NCBI GenBank assembly: GCA_963762565.1
Contig: CAVXLD010000007.1
Coordinates: forward strand, 128,001-192,000
DNA: 64,000 nt
From: an uncultured Verrucomicrobiae bacterium
GTDB taxonomy: Bacteria > Verrucomicrobiota > Verrucomicrobiia > Chthoniobacterales > JAFAMB01
Reading direction: 5' to 3'
Numbering within the stretch: position 1 is the first letter of the stretch; each line of letters begins with the position of its first letter. The notes under the pieces were generated by a model, which saw only the letters and a program-made list of their open reading frames with translations, searched no databases and had not been told where the DNA came from. Made by a program: the position numbers and the translations under genes. Below, in pieces: positions 27,598-36,720 of the stretch.

Positions 27598-29268
27598 TTA
27601 TTTAGGTCCTCCAAAACCTTCATTTCCTTGTGCGGCGGGCACAGCGCTCCGGAGTTCGTCCACCAAAACCCGGATGTTTTCCGAGTAGTCTATAGGCACC
27701 GCGATCAGGTGGACGCCACCTCCGCTGAACGCCGCTTCCAACGCCGGTATCAACCCATCCGCAGAATCGACTCGCGACCCATTCGCGCCGTAAGCTTCCG
27801 CATACTTAACGAAATCGGGATTGCCGAAGGTCAATCCCCAATCGGCAAAAGAATCGACGGCTTGTTTCCACCGGATCATTCCATAGGCGTTGTCCTGCAG
27901 GATCAGAACCACCAAGTTTAAACGGAGGCGTATCGCCGTTTCTAATTCCTGTGAGTTCATCATGAACCCGCCGTCGCCGCAGACGGCCAGAACGCGCCGG
28001 TTGGGATAAAGCATGGCGGCCATCATGGCCGAAGGGAGTCCTGCGCCCATGGTTGCCAGGGCATTGTCCAACAAGAGGGTGTTTGCGATCCGAGTGCGAT
28101 AGTTGCGGGCAAACCAGATCTTGTACATGCCGTTGTCCAGACAGACGACTCCGTCTTCCGGCATCACCTGGCGGACGTCATGCACGATTCGTTGAGGGGT
28201 AAGAGGAAACCGGCTCTCGGTAGCCCGGTCTGTCAGGTGGGCGAGAATCTGTTCCCGCAGAGGCAGCAGCGCGGAAGCATTTTTTAAGCGGCCATCCAGT
28301 CTGTCGGCCAGCAGGACAAGGCTAGGTCCGACATCGCCCACGACCTCGGCATTTGGGAAGAACACCTCTTCCACCGTCGCTGGGATGTAACCGATATGAA
28401 TGACCTTGGGTCCCTTCGGGCCCATGATGAAGGGAGGTTTCTCAACGGTATCATGACCGATCGAGATGATGAGATCGGCCCGGTCAATCGCCTGGTGCAC
28501 ATAATCACGTTCGGAAAGAGCGGCGGTTCCCATGTAAAGATTTGATCCAGAGTTCACCGCGCCCTTTCCCATTTGAGTGTTAAAAAAGGGAATCCGCATG
28601 CGCCGGACGAAGTCAGAAAGCGCGTCCGCGAGTCGCGGCCGGCTGGCGGCGGCTCCCAACATGATCAACGGAAATCTGGATTCGAGGATCATCGCGGTTG
28701 CCCGATCCAACGCCGCTGGGTGCGCGATGGGGAAATCGATCGGATGCGGAGGCACTTTCGAGATCTGGCTAACTTCTTCTGCGGCGATATCTTCAGGCAG
28801 TTCGAGATGAACTGGTCCGGGACGCTCTTGACGTGCCACCCGGAATGCTTCGCGCACGATGGTCGGAATAGTCGCGGTACTGACGATCTGACGCGCCATT
28901 TTAGTCAGCGGCGTCATACTGGACACGATATCGACAATCTGAAACCTGGCTTGTTTGCTGGTGAGAATCCCTTTCTGTCCGGTGATCAGGATCATCGGCA
29001 TGGCGCCTAAAAGTGCGTAACCTGCGCCGGTCGAGAAGTTGAGCGCTCCTGGCCCCAATGTGCTTAGACAGACGCCCGGCTGGCCAGTCAAGCGTCCGAA
29101 GGTCGCGGCCATAAAGGCTGCCGCCTGTTCGTGCCGGGTAACGACGAGCTCGATTTTCGAACGGCGCAATGATTCGATTACGTCCAGGTTTTCTTCGCCG
29201 GGAACTCCGAAAATGCGCTGGACTCCTTCGTTTTCCAGTGCGGCAACCAGCAGGTCAGATCCTTTCAT
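27598..29268 (-). CDS. Acetolactate synthase large subunit-like ThDP enzyme
   Basis: FGVPGEENL, RHEQAAAF, GDGGFMMN..N ThDP motif. Confidence 0.93.
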   Translation of the reverse strand: MKGSDLLVAALENEGVQRIFGVPGEENLDVIESLRRSKIELVVTRHEQAAAFMAATFGRLTGQPGVCLSTLGPGALNFSTGAGYALLGAMPMILITGQKGILTSKQARFQIVDIVSSMTPLTKMARQIVSTATIPTIVREAFRVARQERPGPVHLELPEDIAAEEVSQISKVPPHPIDFPIAHPAALDRATAMILESRFPLIMLGAAASRPRLADALSDFVRRMRIPFFNTQMGKGAVNSGSNLYMGTAALSERDYVHQAIDRADLIISIGHDTVEKPPFIMGPKGPKVIHIGYIPATVEEVFFPNAEVVGDVGPSLVLLADRLDGRLKNASALLPLREQILAHLTDRATESRFPLTPQRIVHDVRQVMPEDGVVCLDNGMYKIWFARNYRTRIANTLLLDNALATMGAGLPSAMMAAMLYPNRRVLAVCGDGGFMMNSQELETAIRLRLNLVVLILQDNAYGMIRWKQAVDSFADWGLTFGNPDFVKYAEAYGANGSRVDSADGLIPALEAAFSGGGVHLIAVPIDYSENIRVLVDELRSAVPAAQGNEGFGGPK

Positions 29269-29323
29269 TCTTAACCATAGCTAGTTACGTCTGTGATTGC
29301 GACTTGGCGTGAGAATTTCCGGC

Positions 29324-31036
29324 TCATCCGTTTTTCTTCAGGAAGGTAAAGTCGCAGCCCTCATTAGCCTGAGTAATGAAGTTGTCGTATAGCCAACTGT
29401 AACCGCGGGTCGACGACGGCGCCGGTGAACCGGGAAGCAGAGAGCGCCGGCGCTCCAGCTCGGTTTCTCCAACTAACAGATCCAACCGGCGTTCGCGTAC
29501 ACTGAGGCGGATCCGGTCACCGGTTTGCGCAAGGGCGAGGGGACCACCGGAAGCTGCGTCCGGGGTTACATGTAAAACGATGGTGCCAAAGGCGGTACCG
29601 CTCATACGGGCGTCAGAAATCCGGACCATGTCTTTCACCCCATTGCGGGCCAGCTTTTTCGGAATCGGCAAATAGCCGGCTTCAGGCATGGCGGCGGCGC
29701 TCTTGGGGCCCGCATTTCTTAGAACCAGGAAATCGTCCGCAGTGACATCGAGATCAGGGTCATCAATACGCGTTGCCAGATCATCTAAAGACGTGAAAAC
29801 CACGCATCGCCCTTCTCGTTCAAACAAACGCGGGTCGGCCGCGGAACGCTTAATGACGGCTCCGCCGGGAGCGAGATTGCCAAAGAGCATCACCAGACCT
29901 CCGGTCGTTTGAATTGGATCTTTAATCTCGCGGATAACCGTTCGATCGACCCATTTGCCGGCTGAATCGATGCGTTCGCCAACTGTCTCGCCGGTAACGG
30001 TTTCACAATCGAGGTGAAGCAAGCTGCTCAATTCGCGCATGACAGCGGGAATACCACCCGCGGCAGCCAAATCCTCCATATAATGAAGCCCGGTTGGCTT
30101 CAGATCGACCAAGACCGGCGTAGTCTCGGAGAGCTCATTGATCTGCCTTAAATCGAACTCCAAGCCGAGCCGGCCAGCGATTGCCGCCAAGTGAATCACG
30201 GCGTTGGTTGATCCACCAATGGCGAGTAGAACTCGGAGAGCATTCTCAAGCGATTTTTGGTTGATGATCCGGCTTGGCCGGCGTTCCGAACCAATGAGGG
30301 TTACCGCCACTCGCCCCGTTTCTTCTGCGATGCGTAACCGGTTAGCATCGACAGCCGGTACAGCGGCTGAGCCGGCCGGCATCATACCAAGAGCCTCGCT
30401 CAGGGAAGCCATGGTGCTGGCCGTGCCCATTACCGCACACGTACCAGCGGTTGACGCTAGCCGTTGTTCCACAGCGTCTATCTTCTCTTCTGTGAGTTCG
30501 CCGGCCCGGTAGCGAGCCCAAAATCGCCGGCAGTCGGTACAAGCGCCAAGCCGCTCGCCCTGATGGCGGCTGGTTGACATCGGTCCGGTTACTAGCTGGA
30601 TCGCGGGTAGATCGGCAGACGCTGCTCCCATCAGCTGTGCAGGCACCGTCTTATCACAACCCCCGATCAGGACGACGGCATCCATCGGCTGGGCCCGGAT
30701 CATTTCCTCCACATCCATTGACATGAGGTTCCGGAACTTCAGGCTGGTTGGAACTAGGAAGACCTCACCTAAAGAGAGGGTGGGAAACTCGATGGGCAAT
30801 GCGCCGGCGGAAAGTACACCTCGCTTGACGGCATCGATCAATTCGGGCACCAGCCGATGACAATTGTTGAACCCGCCGCCGGCATAGCAAATGCCAACAA
30901 CTGGACGATCAAGCAGTTCGCGGCTGTACCCCATTGAGCTGGCGAACGACCGACGCAGATACAGACTGAACTGCGCATCCCCGTAGTTAGTCAATCCGCG
31001 CGCCAGTCCGTGATCGTGTCTAATACTGTCGGGCAT
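29324..31036 (-). CDS. IlvD/Edd family dehydratase
   Basis: NNCH, GCDKT, GTCAVMGTASTM, GGSTNA, SDARMSGT. Confidence 0.93.
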   Translation of the reverse strand: MPDSIRHDHGLARGLTNYGDAQFSLYLRRSFASSMGYSRELLDRPVVGICYAGGGFNNCHRLVPELIDAVKRGVLSAGALPIEFPTLSLGEVFLVPTSLKFRNLMSMDVEEMIRAQPMDAVVLIGGCDKTVPAQLMGAASADLPAIQLVTGPMSTSRHQGERLGACTDCRRFWARYRAGELTEEKIDAVEQRLASTAGTCAVMGTASTMASLSEALGMMPAGSAAVPAVDANRLRIAEETGRVAVTLIGSERRPSRIINQKSLENALRVLLAIGGSTNAVIHLAAIAGRLGLEFDLRQINELSETTPVLVDLKPTGLHYMEDLAAAGGIPAVMRELSSLLHLDCETVTGETVGERIDSAGKWVDRTVIREIKDPIQTTGGLVMLFGNLAPGGAVIKRSAADPRLFEREGRCVVFTSLDDLATRIDDPDLDVTADDFLVLRNAGPKSAAAMPEAGYLPIPKKLARNGVKDMVRISDARMSGTAFGTIVLHVTPDAASGGPLALAQTGDRIRLSVRERRLDLLVGETELERRRSLLPGSPAPSSTRGYSWLYDNFITQANEGCDFTFLKKNG

Positions 31037-31364
31037 CGTACGTTGGAGAATCTACTCCAGCCCAAGCTTTGTCTAGTTTGGTTCCAGATAGTCCCGCATC
31101 CCCGTCCGGCAGCAATTTCTCTTGCTGCTGCGAAACGGATAGGTTATAAGCAATTTCGAGTCGCACGGCTTCCTCCTGGCTGCAAATCCGAGCCAGCCTG
31201 GTTTAGCGAGCTAGTAACTTTAGGCCACGGACGGGCTACAAACCCCAGAGTAGATCTATCAAACTCGACTGTAACATCGCGGGCAGGGCCTTCTTGGGAT
31301 CGGCTATCGTCGAGGCTAAAACTCCGCGGAACACATCCGCCGGGACACAATCGGTAATTCGCAA

Positions 31365-32993
31365 ATGAACGACATTCGACACCATCTATCCGCTCTACCC
31401 TTTCTTGCGCTGTTTTCGTGTTCGGCCGTTGGCCTGGCCTGCGCGCAGACCGGCGAAGCTGCCAAGATTCCTGCCGCGATTCAGGCTATCTTCGATAAGC
31501 CCGAGTACAAAAATTCGACTTGGGGGTTACGGGTGGTCGACGCCTCGACCGGCGAGACGTTGCTCGATCTCAATCCGACCTACCAGTTTTTCATTGGCTC
31601 CGTTCGTAAGGTCTTCACCATTGGCGAGCTCATCAACCAGATCGGTCCCGACCACAGCTACGACACTCCGGTGTACCGCGAGGGGCCGGTCAATAGCGAA
31701 GGCGTCTTGCAAGGTGATCTCATCCTGGTCGCGTCGGGCGACCTCACCATGGGAGGCCGGACGCAGACAGACGGGAAGATCGCGGTTACCGATTATGACC
31801 ATAACGAAGCTAATTCTCTGGGAAATGCCCAGCTCACCAGTCCTGATCCATTAGCAGGCTTTGCGGAGATCGCCCATCAAATTGCAGCCAGCGGAATTAA
31901 GGAGATCGGCGGTGATGTAGTCATTGATGATCGTCTGTTTAACCCCTTTCTCTTCCGTGGTGAGTTCAACGTTAAGCCGATCTTCGTCAACGACGACTGC
32001 GTCGACTGTATAATGACGCCCGCCCCAACGGCCGGCGATCCGGTTCCCTTCGACTATCGTCCTAAATCTGTTGCGTTGACTGTCACCAGCGATGTCAAAA
32101 TGTCGGCGAAAGGCACTGACATCGATATTAAGTCAGGCGACATCGTTTCTTCGCCTTTTATACCAGATTGCACGGACGGCGGCTGCATCGGCAAGATGAC
32201 CGGCCAGCTCCCGATTGGCTTTGTGCCTCCCTTGACTAATGACTATCCGCTCATCCGGGTCTTCCGGATCGTGCAACCCTCTGACTACGCGCGAACGGTT
32301 CTAATCGAACAACTCCGGGCTGCCGGTGTAAAGGTCCTGGCGCCGACGGTTGAGCCTAATCCGGTCCGACTGTTGCCTGCGAAGAATAGCTACAAGCCGG
32401 ACGCGCGCGTAGCCGAGCTACAGGGACTTCCGTTTTCTGAAGACGCCAAATTTGTACTCAAAGTTAGTTACAACATCGGCGCGGATACCAGTTTGGTGCT
32501 CTTTGGGTTAACTCAGGGTGTCAACGATATGAAGGCGGCTCTAGCGGCCGAACAGACAAACTTGCAAAATGGATATGGCATTGCGCCGGGCGAGTACCAC
32601 TTCGTGGATGGTAGCGGTGGGGGGCCATCGACCGCCGAATGTCCAGCGGTGACCCGCTTTCTCACCGAGATGGTAACACGTCCCGCCTTCTCAGAATATA
32701 AAGCCGGCTTCCCGATCATGGGAGTCGACGGCTCACTGGTGGGGGTTACGAACTTCGAATCTGATCCTAGTCTGGCAGGCGCCAAAGGGAACGTGTTTGC
32801 CAAGCCCGGCACCTATGTGGCCTTTCCGACAATTGAAGGACAAGCCTTCGCGGGCTACATCGCTAGCAAGAGCGGACGGTCGTTGGTTTATGAAGTTGTG
32901 GTTAACAACGTCCCATTTACAGGTGTCCAGGGCATCCTAAACATTTTCAACGACCAAGGCATTGTCTCCGCCATTCTGTGGCGCGATTACTAA
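31365..32993 (+). CDS. dacB: D-Ala-D-Ala carboxypeptidase/endopeptidase (peptidase S13, PBP4)
   Basis: Signal peptide, SVRK (SxxK), SYN (SxN), DGSG, AKPGT (KTG variant). Confidence 0.85.
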   Translation: MNDIRHHLSALPFLALFSCSAVGLACAQTGEAAKIPAAIQAIFDKPEYKNSTWGLRVVDASTGETLLDLNPTYQFFIGSVRKVFTIGELINQIGPDHSYDTPVYREGPVNSEGVLQGDLILVASGDLTMGGRTQTDGKIAVTDYDHNEANSLGNAQLTSPDPLAGFAEIAHQIAASGIKEIGGDVVIDDRLFNPFLFRGEFNVKPIFVNDDCVDCIMTPAPTAGDPVPFDYRPKSVALTVTSDVKMSAKGTDIDIKSGDIVSSPFIPDCTDGGCIGKMTGQLPIGFVPPLTNDYPLIRVFRIVQPSDYARTVLIEQLRAAGVKVLAPTVEPNPVRLLPAKNSYKPDARVAELQGLPFSEDAKFVLKVSYNIGADTSLVLFGLTQGVNDMKAALAAEQTNLQNGYGIAPGEYHFVDGSGGGPSTAECPAVTRFLTEMVTRPAFSEYKAGFPIMGVDGSLVGVTNFESDPSLAGAKGNVFAKPGTYVAFPTIEGQAFAGYIASKSGRSLVYEVVVNNVPFTGVQGILNIFNDQGIVSAILWRDY

Positions 32994-33421
32994 CCAGGAG
33001 CGCCGGCGGACAGCGAAGGAAATCCTCGAGGTTAGTTAAAATGCGATGGGCGAGTTTGGGGTCACGTACTTCACAACCTGGCGGAGAATTTCGAAGGCAG
33101 CAGCGGAAGTAAATCGGTTTCGTCTAGAATTTCTGCATTTTTACAAAAATTATCTGAATTGCAAGTCAGGCTGGTCGAATTGGTTACGTGGTAAGTCCGG
33201 GAATTATTCATTTTCCGAAAATCAGCATTATAAGCGCTGAAATCGTTGGACAAATGGGCGAGCACGAAGATAAGACAGCAAACATTTAGTATCAGTCGTA
33301 GTGCATGGTTCTCGCTTTTGAAGCTTTATTAACGGTGACGATTAACGAGCTATAAATCTGGCGTGTCTTGCTAGGCGAAAGTTAGTTGCTTTTTGCGCCT
33401 CAGTCTGACTCTGAGTGCGCC

Positions 33422-33460
33422 GAGAGTGTCTGCGTCGGTGACGCGGGCACTCTCTTTTTC
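33422..33460 (+). terminator. Intrinsic terminator
   Basis: 15-bp stem GAGAGTGTCTGCGTC/GACGCGGGCACTCTC with two G-U pairs, followed by TTTTT. Confidence 0.75.
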
Positions 33461-33794
33461 TGTTCATGCATTTTCGGATAGTGTGTGAGCGATAGTTGGG
33501 CTGGAATCTGGTAACACGTGACAAGGTTGTTGCTGGTTGGCGGGGCTGTTGCCCCGATTATCTCAAGAGGCGCGAAGCGTTTACCCCGGAGCATTTCGGA
33601 GTTGTGACTCATGATAGCCTAGGGCGAAGCCCTAGGAACTCATTGAAAATGGGCCACGCACTGAAGGTGCGTTTCAATGATCGGCGCGGCACCGATATGC
33701 GTTTGGCCAGGCAACAGGAGTGAGGCGCGCACGCAGCTGAGCACGCAAAATTGATACGCGCCTTCAGCATCTCCAAACCGCTACGCGGGTTCTT

Positions 33795-33964
33795 TTCGGG
33801 GAGGGCGCGCGTTCCCGCGCGCCGCGAGGACCTGCCACCACGCAGCGGCGTATTTTCGTCCGCGATCAAAACACGTCCGCGGTTTCGATCACAACGGATC
33901 GCGAGGATGCGATCCCTCCCGGCAACACTCCCACACTCCATCACTCTGCGTGGCCGGATTCGAG
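33795..33964 (+). repeat. ~170-bp dispersed repeat, copy 1
   Basis: Similar to 62561-62739; GGGAGGG..CCCTCCC inverted arms. Confidence 0.88.
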
Positions 33965-34253
33965 GACAGCCTGTCCGCCGTAGCCCAGGCTCTATGTTGC
34001 CAACCGCTCGAGTTCGGCCTCGCAAGCGAGGCGCGCTCCACAACCAGGCGTTGGCGAAGTCGGAAGGACGACGACGAGGACAGCCTGCCCGACGTAGCTT
34101 GTTGTCTGTAAGCTGCAACCCCTGTTCGCCAGCGAAGTCGGGAGAACGAAGCGCCTTGTGAGCGTTGGTCGGTGGCCACACCCATGGTGATGATCGTGGT
34201 GGAATTGTGACGATGAAAAGGCGAGAATAGCGTTTCTCAGTGCAAATTAAATT

Positions 34254-35687
34254 GTGACCGAAAAACTATTCGCTGATCTCGGCCTTTCTGACGCTTTGTT
34301 GCAAGCGATAGGTCGCCTCGGCTACGAAAAGGCGGCCCCAGTTCAAGCCGAAGCGATTCCGCTGATCATGGCCGGACATGATGTGGTAGGCCAATCGCAG
34401 ACTGGTTCCGGTAAGACGGCGGCGTTTTCGATTCCGACCGTTGAGTTCGTGGATCCAAAGAATCGCGCAGTACAAGCAGTCGTTCTTTGTCCAACGCGTG
34501 AACTCGCCATACAGGTCTCCGAAGAGATCTATAAATTGTCCGTCATCAAGCGCGGGATTCATTCGGTGCCGATCTACGGTGGTCAATCATACGATCGGCA
34601 GCTCCGAGCCTTGAAGCAGGGAGTGCAAATCGTCATCGGGACGCCAGGCCGGATCCTGGACCATTTGGACCGCGGAACGCTTAAATTAGGCGGGGTCCGC
34701 ATGGTGGTTCTGGACGAGGCAGATGAGATGCTCGATATGGGGTTTCGAGACGACATTGAGAAGATATTGGGCTCGATTCCGGAGAACCGGCAGTTCATCT
34801 GCTTTTCGGCGACAATGTCAAAACCGATCCTCGAGTTGATCAGGAGGTACGCGCCCAACGCCAAGTCGGTTCGGATTGAGCATAAAGTTCTGACGGTGCC
34901 AACCGTGGAACAGGGTTATTACGAGATCCGGGGACACTCAAAAACCGAGATATTAACCCGGGTTATTGATCTCTATGATTTGAAGCTCGGTATTATTTTC
35001 TGCAACACGAAACGAATGGTCGATAGCTTGACCGAAGAATTGGTCGCCCGCGGCTATTCCGCGGATCGCATCCATGGCGACATGAGTCAGAGCCAGCGAG
35101 ACCGGGTTATGAACAAGTTTCGGTCTTCCGGTTTGGAATTCTTGGTCGCGACCGACGTGGCCGCTCGCGGAATTGATGTCGACAATATTGAAGTGGTCTT
35201 CAACTACGATCTGCCATGGGACGAGGAAGATTATGTGCATCGGATTGGACGCACCGGCAGGATTGGCCGTTCCGGACGAGCATTTTCTTTCGTGGCCGGT
35301 AGAGAGATCTATAAGTTGCAGAGCATCGAACGCTTTGCTCGAATCAGAATTCCGCGGCATCAGGTACCCTCATTGGAACAGGTGGAACAAAAGCGAACGA
35401 ACCTGTTTTTTGAGCGGATTCGAAAGAGCTTGAAGCAAGGCGAATTTCGAGAAGAGACGAGAATCGTTGATCGGCTGCTGGAGCAAGGATTTACTTCGAC
35501 GGATATCGCTTGTGCTCTGGTTCGAGAGTTACGGCAAGAAGAGACCCGGCGCGCTGACAAAGCGGCGAACGCCGAAAGTACGATAAACCGCGAAAATTTG
35601 CCGGCCGAAAACGGGAAACGCTTCTCGCCATCGAACCCGAAGAGAAGGGCCGACAAGAAGCAGCGACGAGAAGGCAAACGCAGGTAG
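34254..35687 (+). CDS. deaD: DEAD-box RNA helicase
   Basis: QTGSGKT, PTRELA, DEAD, SAT, HRIGRTGR. Confidence 0.9.
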   Translation: MTEKLFADLGLSDALLQAIGRLGYEKAAPVQAEAIPLIMAGHDVVGQSQTGSGKTAAFSIPTVEFVDPKNRAVQAVVLCPTRELAIQVSEEIYKLSVIKRGIHSVPIYGGQSYDRQLRALKQGVQIVIGTPGRILDHLDRGTLKLGGVRMVVLDEADEMLDMGFRDDIEKILGSIPENRQFICFSATMSKPILELIRRYAPNAKSVRIEHKVLTVPTVEQGYYEIRGHSKTEILTRVIDLYDLKLGIIFCNTKRMVDSLTEELVARGYSADRIHGDMSQSQRDRVMNKFRSSGLEFLVATDVAARGIDVDNIEVVFNYDLPWDEEDYVHRIGRTGRIGRSGRAFSFVAGREIYKLQSIERFARIRIPRHQVPSLEQVEQKRTNLFFERIRKSLKQGEFREETRIVDRLLEQGFTSTDIACALVRELRQEETRRADKAANAESTINRENLPAENGKRFSPSNPKRRADKKQRREGKRR

Positions 35688-35913
35688 CGGCTGCGCGGAG
35701 GCGACTCAAAGAAACGCGTGTTAAAAACGGGCTGCCGCCAACTACCTTTCACACCAAAGGCCACAAAGGACACGAAGACAAACCTTTGGCCCAAGAGCTA
35801 ACAGAGGATAGAGCCCGTACGATCCTCTTGCCAGCGCCGGCAAGTATTTAGTCTCTGTTGCCTCCGTTACCGTTCGGCTGACGCTATGCCCGTTTATTTG
35901 CTGTAAATCGGCC

Positions 35914-35945
35914 TTGACCCTGGACCTTGGTCCAGGGTGTAGACT
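35914..35945 (+). promoter_or_regulatory. MerR-type promoter/operator
   Basis: TTGACC-20 bp-TAGACT overlapping the palindrome ACCCTGGACC-TT-GGTCCAGGGT. Confidence 0.85.
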
Positions 35946-35958
35946 CGAAAACTAGAAC

Positions 35959-36720
35959 ATGAAGACTGTGAACAGGTCGATGACAGTTGGAGCGTTGGCA
36001 ACGCAGGCTGGTGTCAAGATCGACACCATCCGGTATTACGAGCGACATGGACTTTTGCCGAAAGCGTCTCGGACGAATTCAGGATATCGAATATTTACGA
36101 GCGCTTCGGTGGAACGGTTGAAGTTCATCAAACAGGCTCAAGCCTTAGGATTTACTCTGATTGAGGTAAAGCAGCTTCTCTCCCTGCGCGTCAGCCCTGG
36201 CATGACCTGCAATGATGTCCGGAAGCGAGCCGACGCAAAGTTGGCTGACATTCAGTACAAGATCGATTCGCTTCACGCCATGAAGCGCGCTCTTCAGCAG
36301 CTGGTATCAGCATGCGAGGCTGTCGGACCAGCCAGCGAATGCTCCTTTTTAGCGAACTTGCATCTCGAGCTGCCGATCGCGTGCGCTTTAGATCAAACGC
36401 AGTTCGCGGAACGAAAGCAGTTGGTTGAGCGTCTCGCGGGACAGGCTACTGAACGTCAAACGCTGCCGAATGGAGTTCGTCTCAAATTCGAGCCAATCTC
36501 TGGTCGAGCGACCGAGCTTGCCAGGTTCGTGGATCTGGAACGATCTTGCTGCCCTTTTCTCACCTTTCGGATTGATGCGAAGCCAGGAGAACCCATTTCG
36601 TTAGAACTGACTGGTCCGATTCCCGCCCAGCAGATTATCCGAGAACTTATCCCAGAGACGGTTTCGAAATTGGGGCGAATCCTACCTACCGCCATCTCAT
36701 GTCGGCTCGACTCGAAGTAA
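35959..36720 (+). CDS. Metal-responsive MerR regulator fused to a C-terminal IAC..CCPF domain
   Basis: TIRYYERHGLL HTH; TCNDV and C-x8-C ligands; PIACAL..ERSCCPF extension. Confidence 0.88.
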   Translation: MKTVNRSMTVGALATQAGVKIDTIRYYERHGLLPKASRTNSGYRIFTSASVERLKFIKQAQALGFTLIEVKQLLSLRVSPGMTCNDVRKRADAKLADIQYKIDSLHAMKRALQQLVSACEAVGPASECSFLANLHLELPIACALDQTQFAERKQLVERLAGQATERQTLPNGVRLKFEPISGRATELARFVDLERSCCPFLTFRIDAKPGEPISLELTGPIPAQQIIRELIPETVSKLGRILPTAISCRLDSK

